A stretch of 61,293 nucleotides of DNA, filler included. It is 9 parts of 9 records of this genome, joined end to end, with 100 filler letters (N's around TTAATTAATTAA, not from the genome) between each part and the next. Parts side by side here need not be neighbours in the genome. Positions count along the whole stretch, not along the records: positions 5,001 to 19,796 come from SRR20825010_2029; positions 19,897 to 23,735 come from SRR20825010_2036; 7 more parts are not named here. The stretch is one strand, 5' to 3'. A program made the position numbers and the translations under genes. The notes beneath the pieces are model-generated. The model had not been told where the DNA came from. It made no database searches and saw only the letters and a list, made by a program, of their open reading frames with translations. Positions within the stretch are counted from its first letter, which is position 1. Each line of letters begins with the position of its first letter. This document shows positions 10,967 to 20,397 of the stretch, piece by piece.

Positions 10967-13092
10967 GTTCGAAACCGAAACAAAACGTTGCGGTGGAACC
11001 AAGCGACCACGTCATCCAGTGCACTGGAAAGATAGCGACGACGGCCACAAACGATCTTTGCGGTAACCTCGGCATCCCCACGGAAGCCGCCATCCGGAAT
11101 GGTGTCGATGTCGGCGACTAAGTCCACCATGTTGCGGCCATCGGCACGTTTGCGAGCGACGCCTCCGATCGCGGACAGATTCGCATGGAACGTCTCGGTC
11201 GGTCGCGTTTCGATGGCGAATTGAACGGGAAGATTCAATCCCGCCGCGTGACGTTCGATGACTTCGCCAGCGCGAGTTTCCTCCAGCTTCAGCTCCAACT
11301 CCCACGGTCCGTCGCGCTGAACGATCGCGAATAATCGGTCGCCGCGAGACACCGGCCGATCTTTCAGCCGTTCGTTCAATCGCCAACCGACTATCTGGCC
11401 ATCAAAGGGGGCTTTCACGGAAAGCATGTCCTTCATCTCACGATTGATTTGCAATCGTTTGTTGAGTGAATCGATTTGGTTCTCGAGCGTTTGTTGTTCA
11501 AGGATGCTCTGTGCCGAATCGCGAGAATCGTCGGATGCGGCCAGCAACATCGCTCGCACAGAACTCAACTTTTCAGTGGCGGTCGCGAGCTGTCCCGACA
11601 ACGCCTGTGCTTCGCGGGTGAGTTCCGGATTCTCGAGCTGGACCAAAACGTCACCCTGGCGAACGACGTCGCCATCTTTCACCTTCAATTCGTTAACGAC
11701 GCCGTCGATCCCAGCAAACATAGCTTGCCGAACTGCGGGACGAGCCAGCCCGGTCGCAACAACATGATGATCGACTTGAATGAACCAACCGGCCAACAAG
11801 CCGACTGCCAACAACATGCAACCGGCCAGGATCCAGTGGCGGGTGACTCGGCGAGTTGCGGCCGCTGCCGGGCGTCGAACCGGCAACGCGAACACACTGT
11901 CATAGCGAATCGCATTGCTGATGGCGGAGGACGACTCTTCGGCGACTTCCACCATTGCCGGGGTGATTGATGTTGATGGTTCGCCCGAGAATGTTTCCAG
12001 CATCAACATCGCAATCGGCATCGGCTGGCGACGCTGTTTTTCGCGAGTCTCCTGATCCGATTCGTTGCACGTGTTTTCACCCGCAGCAACTCTCGTATCG
12101 TCGACCGACTCGAACAGCGGAATCATCAACACCGACAATACTCCGGATTCGTCCAAGTAGGTTTCGAGCGGTGGAACCAGTTGTGGTGACAGTGATGCGG
12201 GATCAATCGTGTCCGCGTCAGCCGACGGTGGCAAGATCAACGGTCGCTTCAAAACCGAAACAGCGTCGGCCAGTTGATTCATTGAGCGAACCAATGGCGA
12301 GCGTCGGTCGATTACCGATGAACCGCTGATCGCGGAAACTTGGTATCGAGGACGTCGTGCCGACGGATTCTTGGCGAGCAACACGACGGATCTTTCGCAG
12401 GGCAATAACCGAGGAAGTTCTGACGCGACGCGGTACGCGGTTGCCGTGGGACTTAAGTCAGAATGAAATGCTCGCAACGCCGATCGAATTCCGCGAGAAG
12501 AATCCAACGAGTTCGAGATTGATTTAGAACCCGCATCGGGGACTGACAACGTTTGGGAAACCAATTGCGGAGTTTGTGATTCCGCATCCGCTTCGCGCAT
12601 CGTTTGACGCGTGGCGGTGGAAATTTCTGCTAGCGACCTCATCTCGGAAAGCATCTGCCCGGCGGGCAATTGCGAGCCATGAATGATCAAGAGATTCGCA
12701 AACTGCGGTGCCGGAAAGATCTCGACACCCAACGCAGTGACACTGGCTGCGGTGGACTGGTGCGATGGTTCGTTTTTATCTCGGGCGATTTCGAATGATG
12801 CGACCGATGGCGTGAGCGCGATTAACTGTTCTCTCAGTTTCTCACGGTCCAAGCTCGCAGCAATCGATTCACTGCGAATGAGCATGCGGGGTTGCGGGAA
12901 CGACGAGTCTTGAACTGCCACCACCGCCGCATCGAATGTTTCGGCCAAGTGCGTCGCCAAGCGATGAAGAAAATCGGCTTGGTCACGTGACTGATTCGCG
13001 ATTCGCTCGACCGTTTGTCGCGTCGACATCTTCTCCGGATCGGATTCACCCGACGGGACGGAAGCGGTTGTGGAAGCATCTAAACGGTTCAT
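10963..13092 (-). CDS. HlyD/RND periplasmic adaptor with N-terminal cytoplasmic GAF-like region
   Basis: One TM near residue 420-437, then GVVNELKVKDGDVVRQGDVLVQLENP, a coiled coil and VKAPFDGQI. N-terminal CERSVVL...SAISG...DRRS GAF-like pattern. Confidence 0.82.
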   Translation of the reverse strand: MNRLDASTTASVPSGESDPEKMSTRQTVERIANQSRDQADFLHRLATHLAETFDAAVVAVQDSSFPQPRMLIRSESIAASLDREKLREQLIALTPSVASFEIARDKNEPSHQSTAASVTALGVEIFPAPQFANLLIIHGSQLPAGQMLSEMRSLAEISTATRQTMREADAESQTPQLVSQTLSVPDAGSKSISNSLDSSRGIRSALRAFHSDLSPTATAYRVASELPRLLPCERSVVLLAKNPSARRPRYQVSAISGSSVIDRRSPLVRSMNQLADAVSVLKRPLILPPSADADTIDPASLSPQLVPPLETYLDESGVLSVLMIPLFESVDDTRVAAGENTCNESDQETREKQRRQPMPIAMLMLETFSGEPSTSITPAMVEVAEESSSAISNAIRYDSVFALPVRRPAAAATRRVTRHWILAGCMLLAVGLLAGWFIQVDHHVVATGLARPAVRQAMFAGIDGVVNELKVKDGDVVRQGDVLVQLENPELTREAQALSGQLATATEKLSSVRAMLLAASDDSRDSAQSILEQQTLENQIDSLNKRLQINREMKDMLSVKAPFDGQIVGWRLNERLKDRPVSRGDRLFAIVQRDGPWELELKLEETRAGEVIERHAAGLNLPVQFAIETRPTETFHANLSAIGGVARKRADGRNMVDLVADIDTIPDGGFRGDAEVTAKIVCGRRRYLSSALDDVVAWFHRNVLFRFRT

Positions 13093-13170
13093 GCCCCCAG
13101 CATAATCAAGCCCCCGAAAGTGTGGGGGGGCGGTTGTGCCAGCATTTGAAGGCTCGACTTCGGTCGATGA

Positions 13171-14250
13171 TCACTCCAGTTGAGCGAATCGGCCGTCGGA
13201 TCCGCACGCGAACAGCTTTGTTTTTCCCGCTGACAAACAGTGAAAGCCAATGTCTGACAAGGATGTCCAGTTCGTTCCATCATGAGACAAATCGGTTCCG
13301 GCTGGACCGACGGCGATCAATGCTCTGGCGAGCGGGCTGTCTTCGGGGATCGCCATGACATCGCTGCGGAAGGACGCTGGTTGACCCGCGACACGTTGCC
13401 AAGTTGCTCCGTCATCCAGGCTGATGCAGGCTGTGACCTTCGAAGTTTCGGAAGCTCGGTAATCTCCGCCTACGCAGATCAGAGGTTTCGTGGCATCAAC
13501 TTCGGCGATGGCCGGACCCTGGCAAATCGCGAAAATGCCGGCGGCCTGCGAGCTTGGTATCGGCACAGGAACAGCATCCCACGGCTGATCCCAACCCGAC
13601 CGTTTATACAGCCGACTGGTGTCGGATTCTGCACCTCCGGTTCCGAACCACAACTGGCCGTCCGCACCGAGCAACAACGATGAGTTGCTGGCCGCGAAGG
13701 CAGCTTCACCAGGGCGAGCAAGCGGGATCCCGTTGGTTACCTTTCGCCATGATTTGCCACCGTCGTTGGTTTCCACCACGAGCAACCGACCATCGACCGG
13801 ATCGCTCACCGCCATGCCGCGATCCGCATCCCAAAACTGCATCGCATCAAAGAACGCCGTTTCTGATTCGGCGCGATAGGTTTCCTTCCAAGTCGCTCCA
13901 CCATCTTCGGTTCGTAACAACACGGCCGGCGTTCCCGCACTGGCAATGCATGCGACGTTTGCACTGAAGGCGCAGACGCAGCGATATTCGAGACCATCAA
14001 AACCGGCGGGGCCGCAAGGTTGCCAAGTCTCTCCACCATCGATCGAGCGAATCACGTTGGCCTCCGCTCCGCTGGCCCAGATCACATCGTCATCCACCGC
14101 AGAGAGCCCCCGCAAGCTGACGTTCGTTCCGGTTTCGCTCACGTTCCAATTGGAAGACACGACATCCGCAGCGACCAAGAGGCGAGGGGGCAAAATCGCC
14201 ATCGCGAGAAGGATGAAGCAGCGAAGGGCGATGCATTGCTTTGAAAACAT
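13171..14250 (-). CDS. Secreted BNR/Asp-box (YCF48-like) beta-propeller protein
   Basis: Signal peptide and repeated S/TxDGGxTW Asp-boxes (SIDGGETW, TEDGGATW, TNDGGKSW, SLDDGATW). Confidence 0.85.
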   Translation of the reverse strand: MFSKQCIALRCFILLAMAILPPRLLVAADVVSSNWNVSETGTNVSLRGLSAVDDDVIWASGAEANVIRSIDGGETWQPCGPAGFDGLEYRCVCAFSANVACIASAGTPAVLLRTEDGGATWKETYRAESETAFFDAMQFWDADRGMAVSDPVDGRLLVVETNDGGKSWRKVTNGIPLARPGEAAFAASNSSLLLGADGQLWFGTGGAESDTSRLYKRSGWDQPWDAVPVPIPSSQAAGIFAICQGPAIAEVDATKPLICVGGDYRASETSKVTACISLDDGATWQRVAGQPASFRSDVMAIPEDSPLARALIAVGPAGTDLSHDGTNWTSLSDIGFHCLSAGKTKLFACGSDGRFAQLE

Positions 14251-14416
14251 TGAATTGGTTCGTTGACGAGGATCGCAGGTGGAGAGCTGATTCTACGCGA
14301 TGCTTTCAGAACGAAAAAACGCGGCACAACGAATGGTCGCTGCACCGCGTTCTGAATGGAATGGTCACTCTTTGACGTTCAATGATTTGTCTCGGGAGCC
14401 GATCTGCTTCGTTCGA

Positions 14417-15736
14417 TCAAACGCGATCGATGTACTTGTTGATCATGTGCTCGAGGTACTCTTGGCGGCCGCTTTGGTTTGCGTCGACGTCGCCCTTCTC
14501 GAGCATGTAGGCTTCCAGTTCTGCGAAGCCGACTTCACCGGCTTCGATCTTGGCACCGATTCCGGAATCCCAAGTCGAGTAGCGGTTCTTCACGAAATCG
14601 GCCAATTCGCCGCTGGCACGAATCGCAGCAGCGATCTTCAAGCCTTTGGCGAACGCGTCCATTCCACCGATGTGAGCGTGGAACAAATCGATGGGCTCGA
14701 ACGATTCACGGCGCACCTTGGCGTCGAAGTTCACGCCGCCGCTGCCGATCCCGCCGTGCTTCAGAATCATCAGCATGGTTTGGGTGGTCAGGTAGTAATC
14801 GGTTGGGAATTGGTCGGTGTCCCAACCCAACAACAAATCACCCGTGTTGGCATCGATGCTGCCCAGCCCACCTTGCATGCCTGCGTAATCGAGCTCGTGC
14901 ATCATCGTGTGACCCGCCAACGTCGCGTGGTTGGTTTCGATGTTGAGCTTGAAGTGCGAATCCAAATCGTAGGCTCGCAAGAAATTCATGCACGCGGCCG
15001 CGTCGCTGTCGTACTGGTGCTTGGTGGGCTCTTTCGGTTTGGGCTCGATCAAGAACTGACCGTCGAATCCGATTGACTTGGCGTAGTCGACTGCCATATG
15101 GAAGAACTTGGCCAAGTGGTCCAGTTCTCGTTTCATGTCGGTGTTGTAAAGGTTTTGGTAACCTTCGCGGCCGCCCCAGAACACATAGTTTTCGCCGCCC
15201 AGTCGTTTGGTGACTTCCAAAGCCTTTTTGACTTGAGCACCGGCGTAAGCGAACACGTCCGCGTTGCAGCTCGTCGCGGCACCGTGCATGAAGCGTGGGT
15301 TGCTGAACATGTTGGCGGTGCCCCACAGCAATTTCACGCCGGTCGCTTTTTGCTGTTCTTCCAGAACATCGGCAACCGCGTCGAGATTCGCGTGGGTTTC
15401 TCGCAAGTTGGCTCCTTCGGGGGCCACATCGCGGTCGTGCCACGCGTAGTAAGGAGCCTGCAGTTTGGTGAACAACTCAAAAGCAACGACGGCACGCTTT
15501 TGTGCGTTTTCGACGCTTTCAGATCCGTCGTCCCAAGGCCGAACCGCCGTTCCGGGGCCGAATGGGTCTGCACCGGTTCCTCGGAACGTGTGCCAGTAGA
15601 CGATGCTGAACCGCATGTGGTCCTTCATCGTTTTTCCTTCGATGACTTCGTCGGGGTTGTACCAGCGGAAGGCAAGCGGATTGTCGGACTGAGGGCCTTC
15701 GTACTGAATGACGGGAACATCGGGGAAAGCGGTCAT
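14417..15736 (-). CDS. xylA: Xylose isomerase (class II)
   Basis: [43 protein letters not shown]. Confidence 0.97.
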   Translation of the reverse strand: MTAFPDVPVIQYEGPQSDNPLAFRWYNPDEVIEGKTMKDHMRFSIVYWHTFRGTGADPFGPGTAVRPWDDGSESVENAQKRAVVAFELFTKLQAPYYAWHDRDVAPEGANLRETHANLDAVADVLEEQQKATGVKLLWGTANMFSNPRFMHGAATSCNADVFAYAGAQVKKALEVTKRLGGENYVFWGGREGYQNLYNTDMKRELDHLAKFFHMAVDYAKSIGFDGQFLIEPKPKEPTKHQYDSDAAACMNFLRAYDLDSHFKLNIETNHATLAGHTMMHELDYAGMQGGLGSIDANTGDLLLGWDTDQFPTDYYLTTQTMLMILKHGGIGSGGVNFDAKVRRESFEPIDLFHAHIGGMDAFAKGLKIAAAIRASGELADFVKNRYSTWDSGIGAKIEAGEVGFAELEAYMLEKGDVDANQSGRQEYLEHMINKYIDRV

Positions 15737-15826
15737 CAAACGGATTCCGTGTGTGGCTGCGAGGTGAAAAGGGCAAGTAAATGGAATGCACCAATATCAG
15801 AAGTTGGCGGAAACGCGACAAGGGGG

Positions 15827-15840
15827 TGAAACCGGTTTCA
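15827..15840. promoter_or_regulatory. LacI-family-like operator upstream of xylA
   Basis: Perfect 14-bp palindrome TGAAACCGGTTTCA with central CG, about 90 bp upstream of xylA. Confidence 0.6.
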
Positions 15841-16234
15841 GTCTCGCAGTGGTGCCGGAATGGACTTTCCGGATCCGTTTAGGGCGACGAAAACGCTGCC
15901 AGAGGGTCGGCGAGGTGTTCTCGGGCCTGGTCAGGCGGCCGTCGCAGCCGCTGGCCGCGCTTTTCCGGGGGGATCGATGCGAGCTGGAGTTCATGGTTTG
16001 GGGCCGATAGCCGAATGGCACTTACTTCACCCTCGGAAAAGGAGGGTGATGACATACGTGTGGCAAATCAACAGCTTAGAAACTGCACGACCTCGATGGC
16101 TGGAGGATCCACTAGATTTGTTGTTCGCCGGTGGTCTGATCGAATCCAGATTGCCAATTTTGCTTCGGACTGCGAAACTGGCGTCCAGCGTCCCGCCGCC
16201 TGGAGGTGGTGGCTTTCGAAACTCGCACCGGCAA

Positions 16235-17152
16235 ATGAACGACGTGTCCTCTGCTCCCTCTGAATCGCTCACCGAATATTTCCCCGAAGACCTGCTGCAT
16301 GTGGTCCGCGAAAATCAACCACTGCGTGAAACGTTGTGGTTGGGCATTGGCGGCCCCGCACGCTTCCTAGCCGAACCGGTCGAAATCGATCAGATCGAAA
16401 AACTTTACACCGCCGCTCGCGAAAAGCAGTTGGCTCTGCGTGTCCTTGGACAAGGCAGCAACGTGCTAGTCCGTGAAGCCGGGTTTGACGGGTTGGTCAT
16501 CAAGTTGTCCGCTCCCGCGACCAGTGGGCTGGAAATCCAAGGCCAAAAACTAGTCGCCGGTGCGGGAGCCAAGCTGACTCACGCGGTGATCAAAACGGTC
16601 GGTGAAGGATTGGGCGGACTGGAACACCTGGTCGGAATCCCTGGCAGTATTGGAGCAGCCGTCGTCGGGAACGTCTCAGCGGAAGGTCGCGACATCGGAT
16701 CGGTCGTGGAGTCGATTGAGATCATCGATGAAGAAGGTAAACGCAAAACGCTCACGGGCGACGAAGCCGGGTTCGCTCACCGTCAATCCACTTTGATGGG
16801 AACCGTGGTTCTGTCCGTCACGTTTAACTTGGAACCCAAGGACGTTTCGGCACTCACGAAACGCATGCAAAAGTTGTGGATCCATCGTGGCCAGCGCCGT
16901 CCATCGGAATCCAACCGCATCGCGATGCCGTTCATCGATCCCGATTCCATTTCGGCGTGCGAGTTGATCAACAGCACCGGACTGGCGGGAATTCGTGAGG
17001 GCGACGTGTCGCTCGATTCGGCGGCACCGCACTACTTGATCGCCCACGAAAACGCGACCAGCGATCAATGTGTGAAACTGATTGGTCGGGTACGCGAACA
17101 AGTCTTGATGCAAACCGGGATCGACTTGCAGTTGAATCTGCAAATTTGGTAA
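16235..17152 (+). CDS. murB: MurB-like FAD-binding protein (UDP-N-acetylmuramate dehydrogenase family), active site degenerate
   Basis: GIGGPA, VLGQGSNVLV, GLEHLVGIPGSIG, FAHRQS. The C-terminal catalytic motifs are divergent. Start placed at ATG 16235. Confidence 0.8.
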   Translation: MNDVSSAPSESLTEYFPEDLLHVVRENQPLRETLWLGIGGPARFLAEPVEIDQIEKLYTAAREKQLALRVLGQGSNVLVREAGFDGLVIKLSAPATSGLEIQGQKLVAGAGAKLTHAVIKTVGEGLGGLEHLVGIPGSIGAAVVGNVSAEGRDIGSVVESIEIIDEEGKRKTLTGDEAGFAHRQSTLMGTVVLSVTFNLEPKDVSALTKRMQKLWIHRGQRRPSESNRIAMPFIDPDSISACELINSTGLAGIREGDVSLDSAAPHYLIAHENATSDQCVKLIGRVREQVLMQTGIDLQLNLQIW

Positions 17153-17162
17153 CCGTACTCGG

Positions 17163-18047
17163 ATGACCGAGTCGCCCCCATCCGAAAAACGACCACGATT
17201 GATCCGGCGCAAGCGCGGACTGGAAGTGGAAAAACCATCCACGATGGTGGGATGGGTCCGCGGGATGATCGCCGCGCCAGCGGTTTTGTCGATCCTGTGG
17301 CCCGCGATCCTGTTGGTCGTTGGCTACGCCGCCTGGCAAACTTGGGGAGCCAAGTACGTCGCGGTGACTTATCACGGGATCGATCCACAAAAGATTTCCG
17401 TGACGTCGCCACCGGAATACGTGCGGACGGACATCGTTGATGTTGTCTACACCGAAACCGCGATGAAGGACATGTCGTTGCTCGACAAGCAAGTGTCCGC
17501 AAAAGTGGCATCCGCGTTTGCGAGTCACCCGTGGGTGCAGCGTGTTGTTGGCGTGCGAAAGAAAGCAAACGGCCGACTCGACGTGCGTTTGAATTATCGA
17601 TTGCCCGTTGCCATGGTCTACGTCGTGGACCCCGAAAAAGGGCCGGGCTTCTTAGTCGTTGATGGCGAAGGCACGTTGCTGCCCACTGACTTTGCGCCCT
17701 CCGAAACCGATCACTATCTGCACATCATTGTTCCAGGTGCTTATCACACCGGCGGGCTGGGTTCGCCTTTTGGTGACACCCGAGTTCATTCTGCCGCGTT
17801 GTTGGCTCGCTTGTTGGCACCATATCGTGATGAACTGAATCTGCAAAGCATCGGGGTGCATGGCGATTTGCGGCAAAACCCGATCGTTCAGCTCGAAATC
17901 GCGAATGAGGATGGCGAACGTTGGTTCTGGGGCAGTCCTCCCGGCGAAGAGGTTGCTGGCGAATTGCCCGCAACGATGAAGTTGCAAGCCATGTTGGCCG
18001 GCGTGCCAACTGGATCGGATTTACGACAAGTTCAACTTCAGCCGTAG
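17163..18047 (+). CDS. FtsQ/DivIB-like bitopic membrane protein
   Basis: Basic N-tail, single TM, POTRA-like HPWVQRV...LDVRLNYRLPVAMV...VDGEGTLL. Starts 10 bp after murB. Confidence 0.65.
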   Translation: MTESPPSEKRPRLIRRKRGLEVEKPSTMVGWVRGMIAAPAVLSILWPAILLVVGYAAWQTWGAKYVAVTYHGIDPQKISVTSPPEYVRTDIVDVVYTETAMKDMSLLDKQVSAKVASAFASHPWVQRVVGVRKKANGRLDVRLNYRLPVAMVYVVDPEKGPGFLVVDGEGTLLPTDFAPSETDHYLHIIVPGAYHTGGLGSPFGDTRVHSAALLARLLAPYRDELNLQSIGVHGDLRQNPIVQLEIANEDGERWFWGSPPGEEVAGELPATMKLQAMLAGVPTGSDLRQVQLQP

Positions 18048-18119
18048 CAAGCAAAGCATCACCGGCTCAGCTAATATCTTCCCTTCGCAGTCAATTCACC
18101 TCGCGGAAGGAATGTTCAC

Positions 18120-19751
18120 TTGGTCCGGATTCATCTCGCATTGTTGTTTGGTCTCACGCTTTCGTGCGTGAATCTGTTCTCGGCGGATCGTCCCAATGTG
18201 TTGGTGGCGATATCGGACGACCAGTCCTTCCCGCACACGTCGGCGTACGGATATCAAGCGATTCAAACGCCGGCCTTTGACCGTGTTGCAAAGACGGGAG
18301 TCTTGTTCAACAACGCGTTCACACCCTCGCCAGGATGCAGCCCCATGCGTGCTGCATTCTTGACCGGACGCAATGTTTGGCAGATCGAACACGCCGGGAC
18401 TCATGCCAGTTCCTTTGCGAGCAAGTACGAGGTCTATCAGGACCGGCTTGAGAACGCGGGCTACTTCGTTGGGTACACCGGCAAAGGTTGGGGGCCGGGA
18501 AACTGGAAAATCAGCGATCGTTCTCGGAATCCTGCTGGGCCATCGTTTGCCACAAAGAAGTCGAAGGCTCCCGGCGGAATCAGCGGCAACGATTACGCCG
18601 CCAACTTTGACGAGTTTTTGAAGGGGCGGCCGGACGACAAGCCTTTCAGCTTTTGGTTCGGATGTCATGAACCGCATCGTGTGTTCGAGAAGGGCATCGG
18701 GCTGAAAAATGGGCTGGATCCGTCCAAGGTCGTTGTGCCCGCTTTCTTGCCCGATACGCCCGAGATTCGAAGCGACATCCTGGACTACTGTTTCGAGATC
18801 CAGTGGTTTGACCAGCATTTGGGCCGAATGCTTGATTCGCTTGAAAAAGCGGGTGAGCTCGACAACACGATCGTGATCGTGACCAGCGACAACGGCATGG
18901 CGTTTCCGCGGGCCAAAGCAAACGTTTACGAGTATGGCATCCACATGCCGTTGGCGATCAGCTGGCCGAACGGTGCGAAGGGCGGACGCGTGGTCGATGA
19001 CCTGGTGAATTTAATCGACGTGACCGCGACCATCTACGACGCGACCGAGGTCCAACCGCCTGAGAAGACACCGCTGAGTGGTCGCAGTTTGGTCGAGCTG
19101 CTTCGGTCCGATCAAGATGGAATCGTTGAACCCAGTCGCGACGCTGTTTTCTCCGGCCGCGAAAGGCATTCCTCGGTGCGGTATGAATCGCTCGGGTATC
19201 CTCAACGATGCATCCGAACGGACCAATACCTCTATATCCGCAACTTCCGTCCGGAACGTTGGCCGGCCGGTGCACCACAAAAATTTGGTGCGGGAAGTTA
19301 CCCGAAAACCAATCTCGTCTTGGCCAAAGAGTTGGGGCCGATGCATGAAGGCTATCACGACATCGATGGTTCGCCTTCAATGTCGTTCTTGGTCCAAAAC
19401 CGCGACGACGCGGAGCTCGCCAAGTATTTGCAGTGGGCGGTTGCCAAGCGACCTGCAGATGAACTTTACGACATCCAATCAGATCCCGCTTGTTTGAACG
19501 ATCTGTCGGCCAATCCTGATTTCGCAGAGCTCAAAGCCGGCTTGAGCAAGCGTTTGAATGATTACTTGATCAAGACAAACGATCCGCGAGTGTCAGGTCC
19601 GAATGGCGGTGACATTTGGGAAACCTATCCGCGATACAGCGGTTTGCGTTGGTTTCCCGAACCCGACTGGGCAAAGCAGTCACCGGCTCGCGTGCCAAAG
19701 ATGGACTGGTTGGAACAGCGTCGGCCCAAGGTACAGGTGAGCGACAAGTGA
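18120..19751 (+). CDS. Sulfatase (formylglycine-dependent, heparan N-sulfatase-like)
   Basis: Signal peptide, RPNVLVAISDD, CSPMRAAFLTG (CxPxR), TGKG, EPHR, TSDNG, ELYDIQSDP. Confidence 0.93.
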   Translation: MVRIHLALLFGLTLSCVNLFSADRPNVLVAISDDQSFPHTSAYGYQAIQTPAFDRVAKTGVLFNNAFTPSPGCSPMRAAFLTGRNVWQIEHAGTHASSFASKYEVYQDRLENAGYFVGYTGKGWGPGNWKISDRSRNPAGPSFATKKSKAPGGISGNDYAANFDEFLKGRPDDKPFSFWFGCHEPHRVFEKGIGLKNGLDPSKVVVPAFLPDTPEIRSDILDYCFEIQWFDQHLGRMLDSLEKAGELDNTIVIVTSDNGMAFPRAKANVYEYGIHMPLAISWPNGAKGGRVVDDLVNLIDVTATIYDATEVQPPEKTPLSGRSLVELLRSDQDGIVEPSRDAVFSGRERHSSVRYESLGYPQRCIRTDQYLYIRNFRPERWPAGAPQKFGAGSYPKTNLVLAKELGPMHEGYHDIDGSPSMSFLVQNRDDAELAKYLQWAVAKRPADELYDIQSDPACLNDLSANPDFAELKAGLSKRLNDYLIKTNDPRVSGPNGGDIWETYPRYSGLRWFPEPDWAKQSPARVPKMDWLEQRRPKVQVSDK

Positions 19752-19796
19752 TGTGGTGGAAGGATACGAGCCCTCCGGTTCCTCACCGGGCGGCTT

Positions 19797-19896
19797 NNNN
19801 NNNNNNNNNNNNNNNNNNNNNNNNNNNNNNNNNNNNNNNNTTAATTAATTAANNNNNNNNNNNNNNNNNNNNNNNNNNNNNNNNNNNNNNNNNNNN
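19797..19896. other. Artificial contig-joining spacer
   Basis: N44-TTAATTAATTAA-N44. Confidence 0.99.
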
Positions 19897-20158
19897 GGAA
19901 CACGTTGAACCGGGTGAAGGCCGGGCGCCGGGATTGCGGCACGAACTCCTTCAGCGCGATCACGCTCGGCAGCTTCATCTCGAAGCTCGGCGAGCGCACC
20001 ACGTGATCATATTCGGAGAGGATATTGACCCGGTCCAGGAACACCGCCTTGACGACGTCCTGCCAGGACCAGAGGGATAGGGGAAAGTAGCTGAGCGGTC
20101 TGAAATCAGCGTTCAAAACAAGGGCCGGAGAAGGATGAGCTGCTGATAGGGCGTTCAC
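19897..20158 (-). CDS. HNH endonuclease (McrA/COG1403-like), 3'-truncated
   Basis: PALVLNADFRPLSYFPLSLWSWQD...LPSVIALK...PAFTRFNVF is the conserved N-terminus of this family. The HNH motif itself lies beyond the contig end. Confidence 0.85.
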
Positions 20159-20223
20159 GCGTTTCTCTCCGACCTGCCGAGGAATTACCGACTAGGAAAC
20201 TGGCGGGGGCGCGTCACGCCCGG

Positions 20224-20324
20224 CCACAATATGTTGTGGGGTATAACGATGTTCATGTCTCGTCGACCTCAGTTTCCAACGTCTTGTGCTCCAGGAGCAC
20301 CCGCTTGATATCAATATATTGTTA
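20224..20324. promoter_or_regulatory. Two NrdR-box-like palindromes upstream of the HNH gene
   Basis: CCACAATATGTTGTGG (20224-20239) and TATCAATATATTGTTA (20309-20324) compared with the consensus acaCwAtATaTwGtgt. Confidence 0.5.
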
Positions 20325-20397
20325 CGGTTTTTCGAACTTGTCACCGGAGAAATTGCGGGTCTTCTCCCGGATCGCGGGAAAGCCTTGCTGCTTGCCG

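Noticed and set aside
15860..16234. 125-aa N-terminal extension of MurB
   Set aside because: No MurB similarity; more likely an open intergenic frame.
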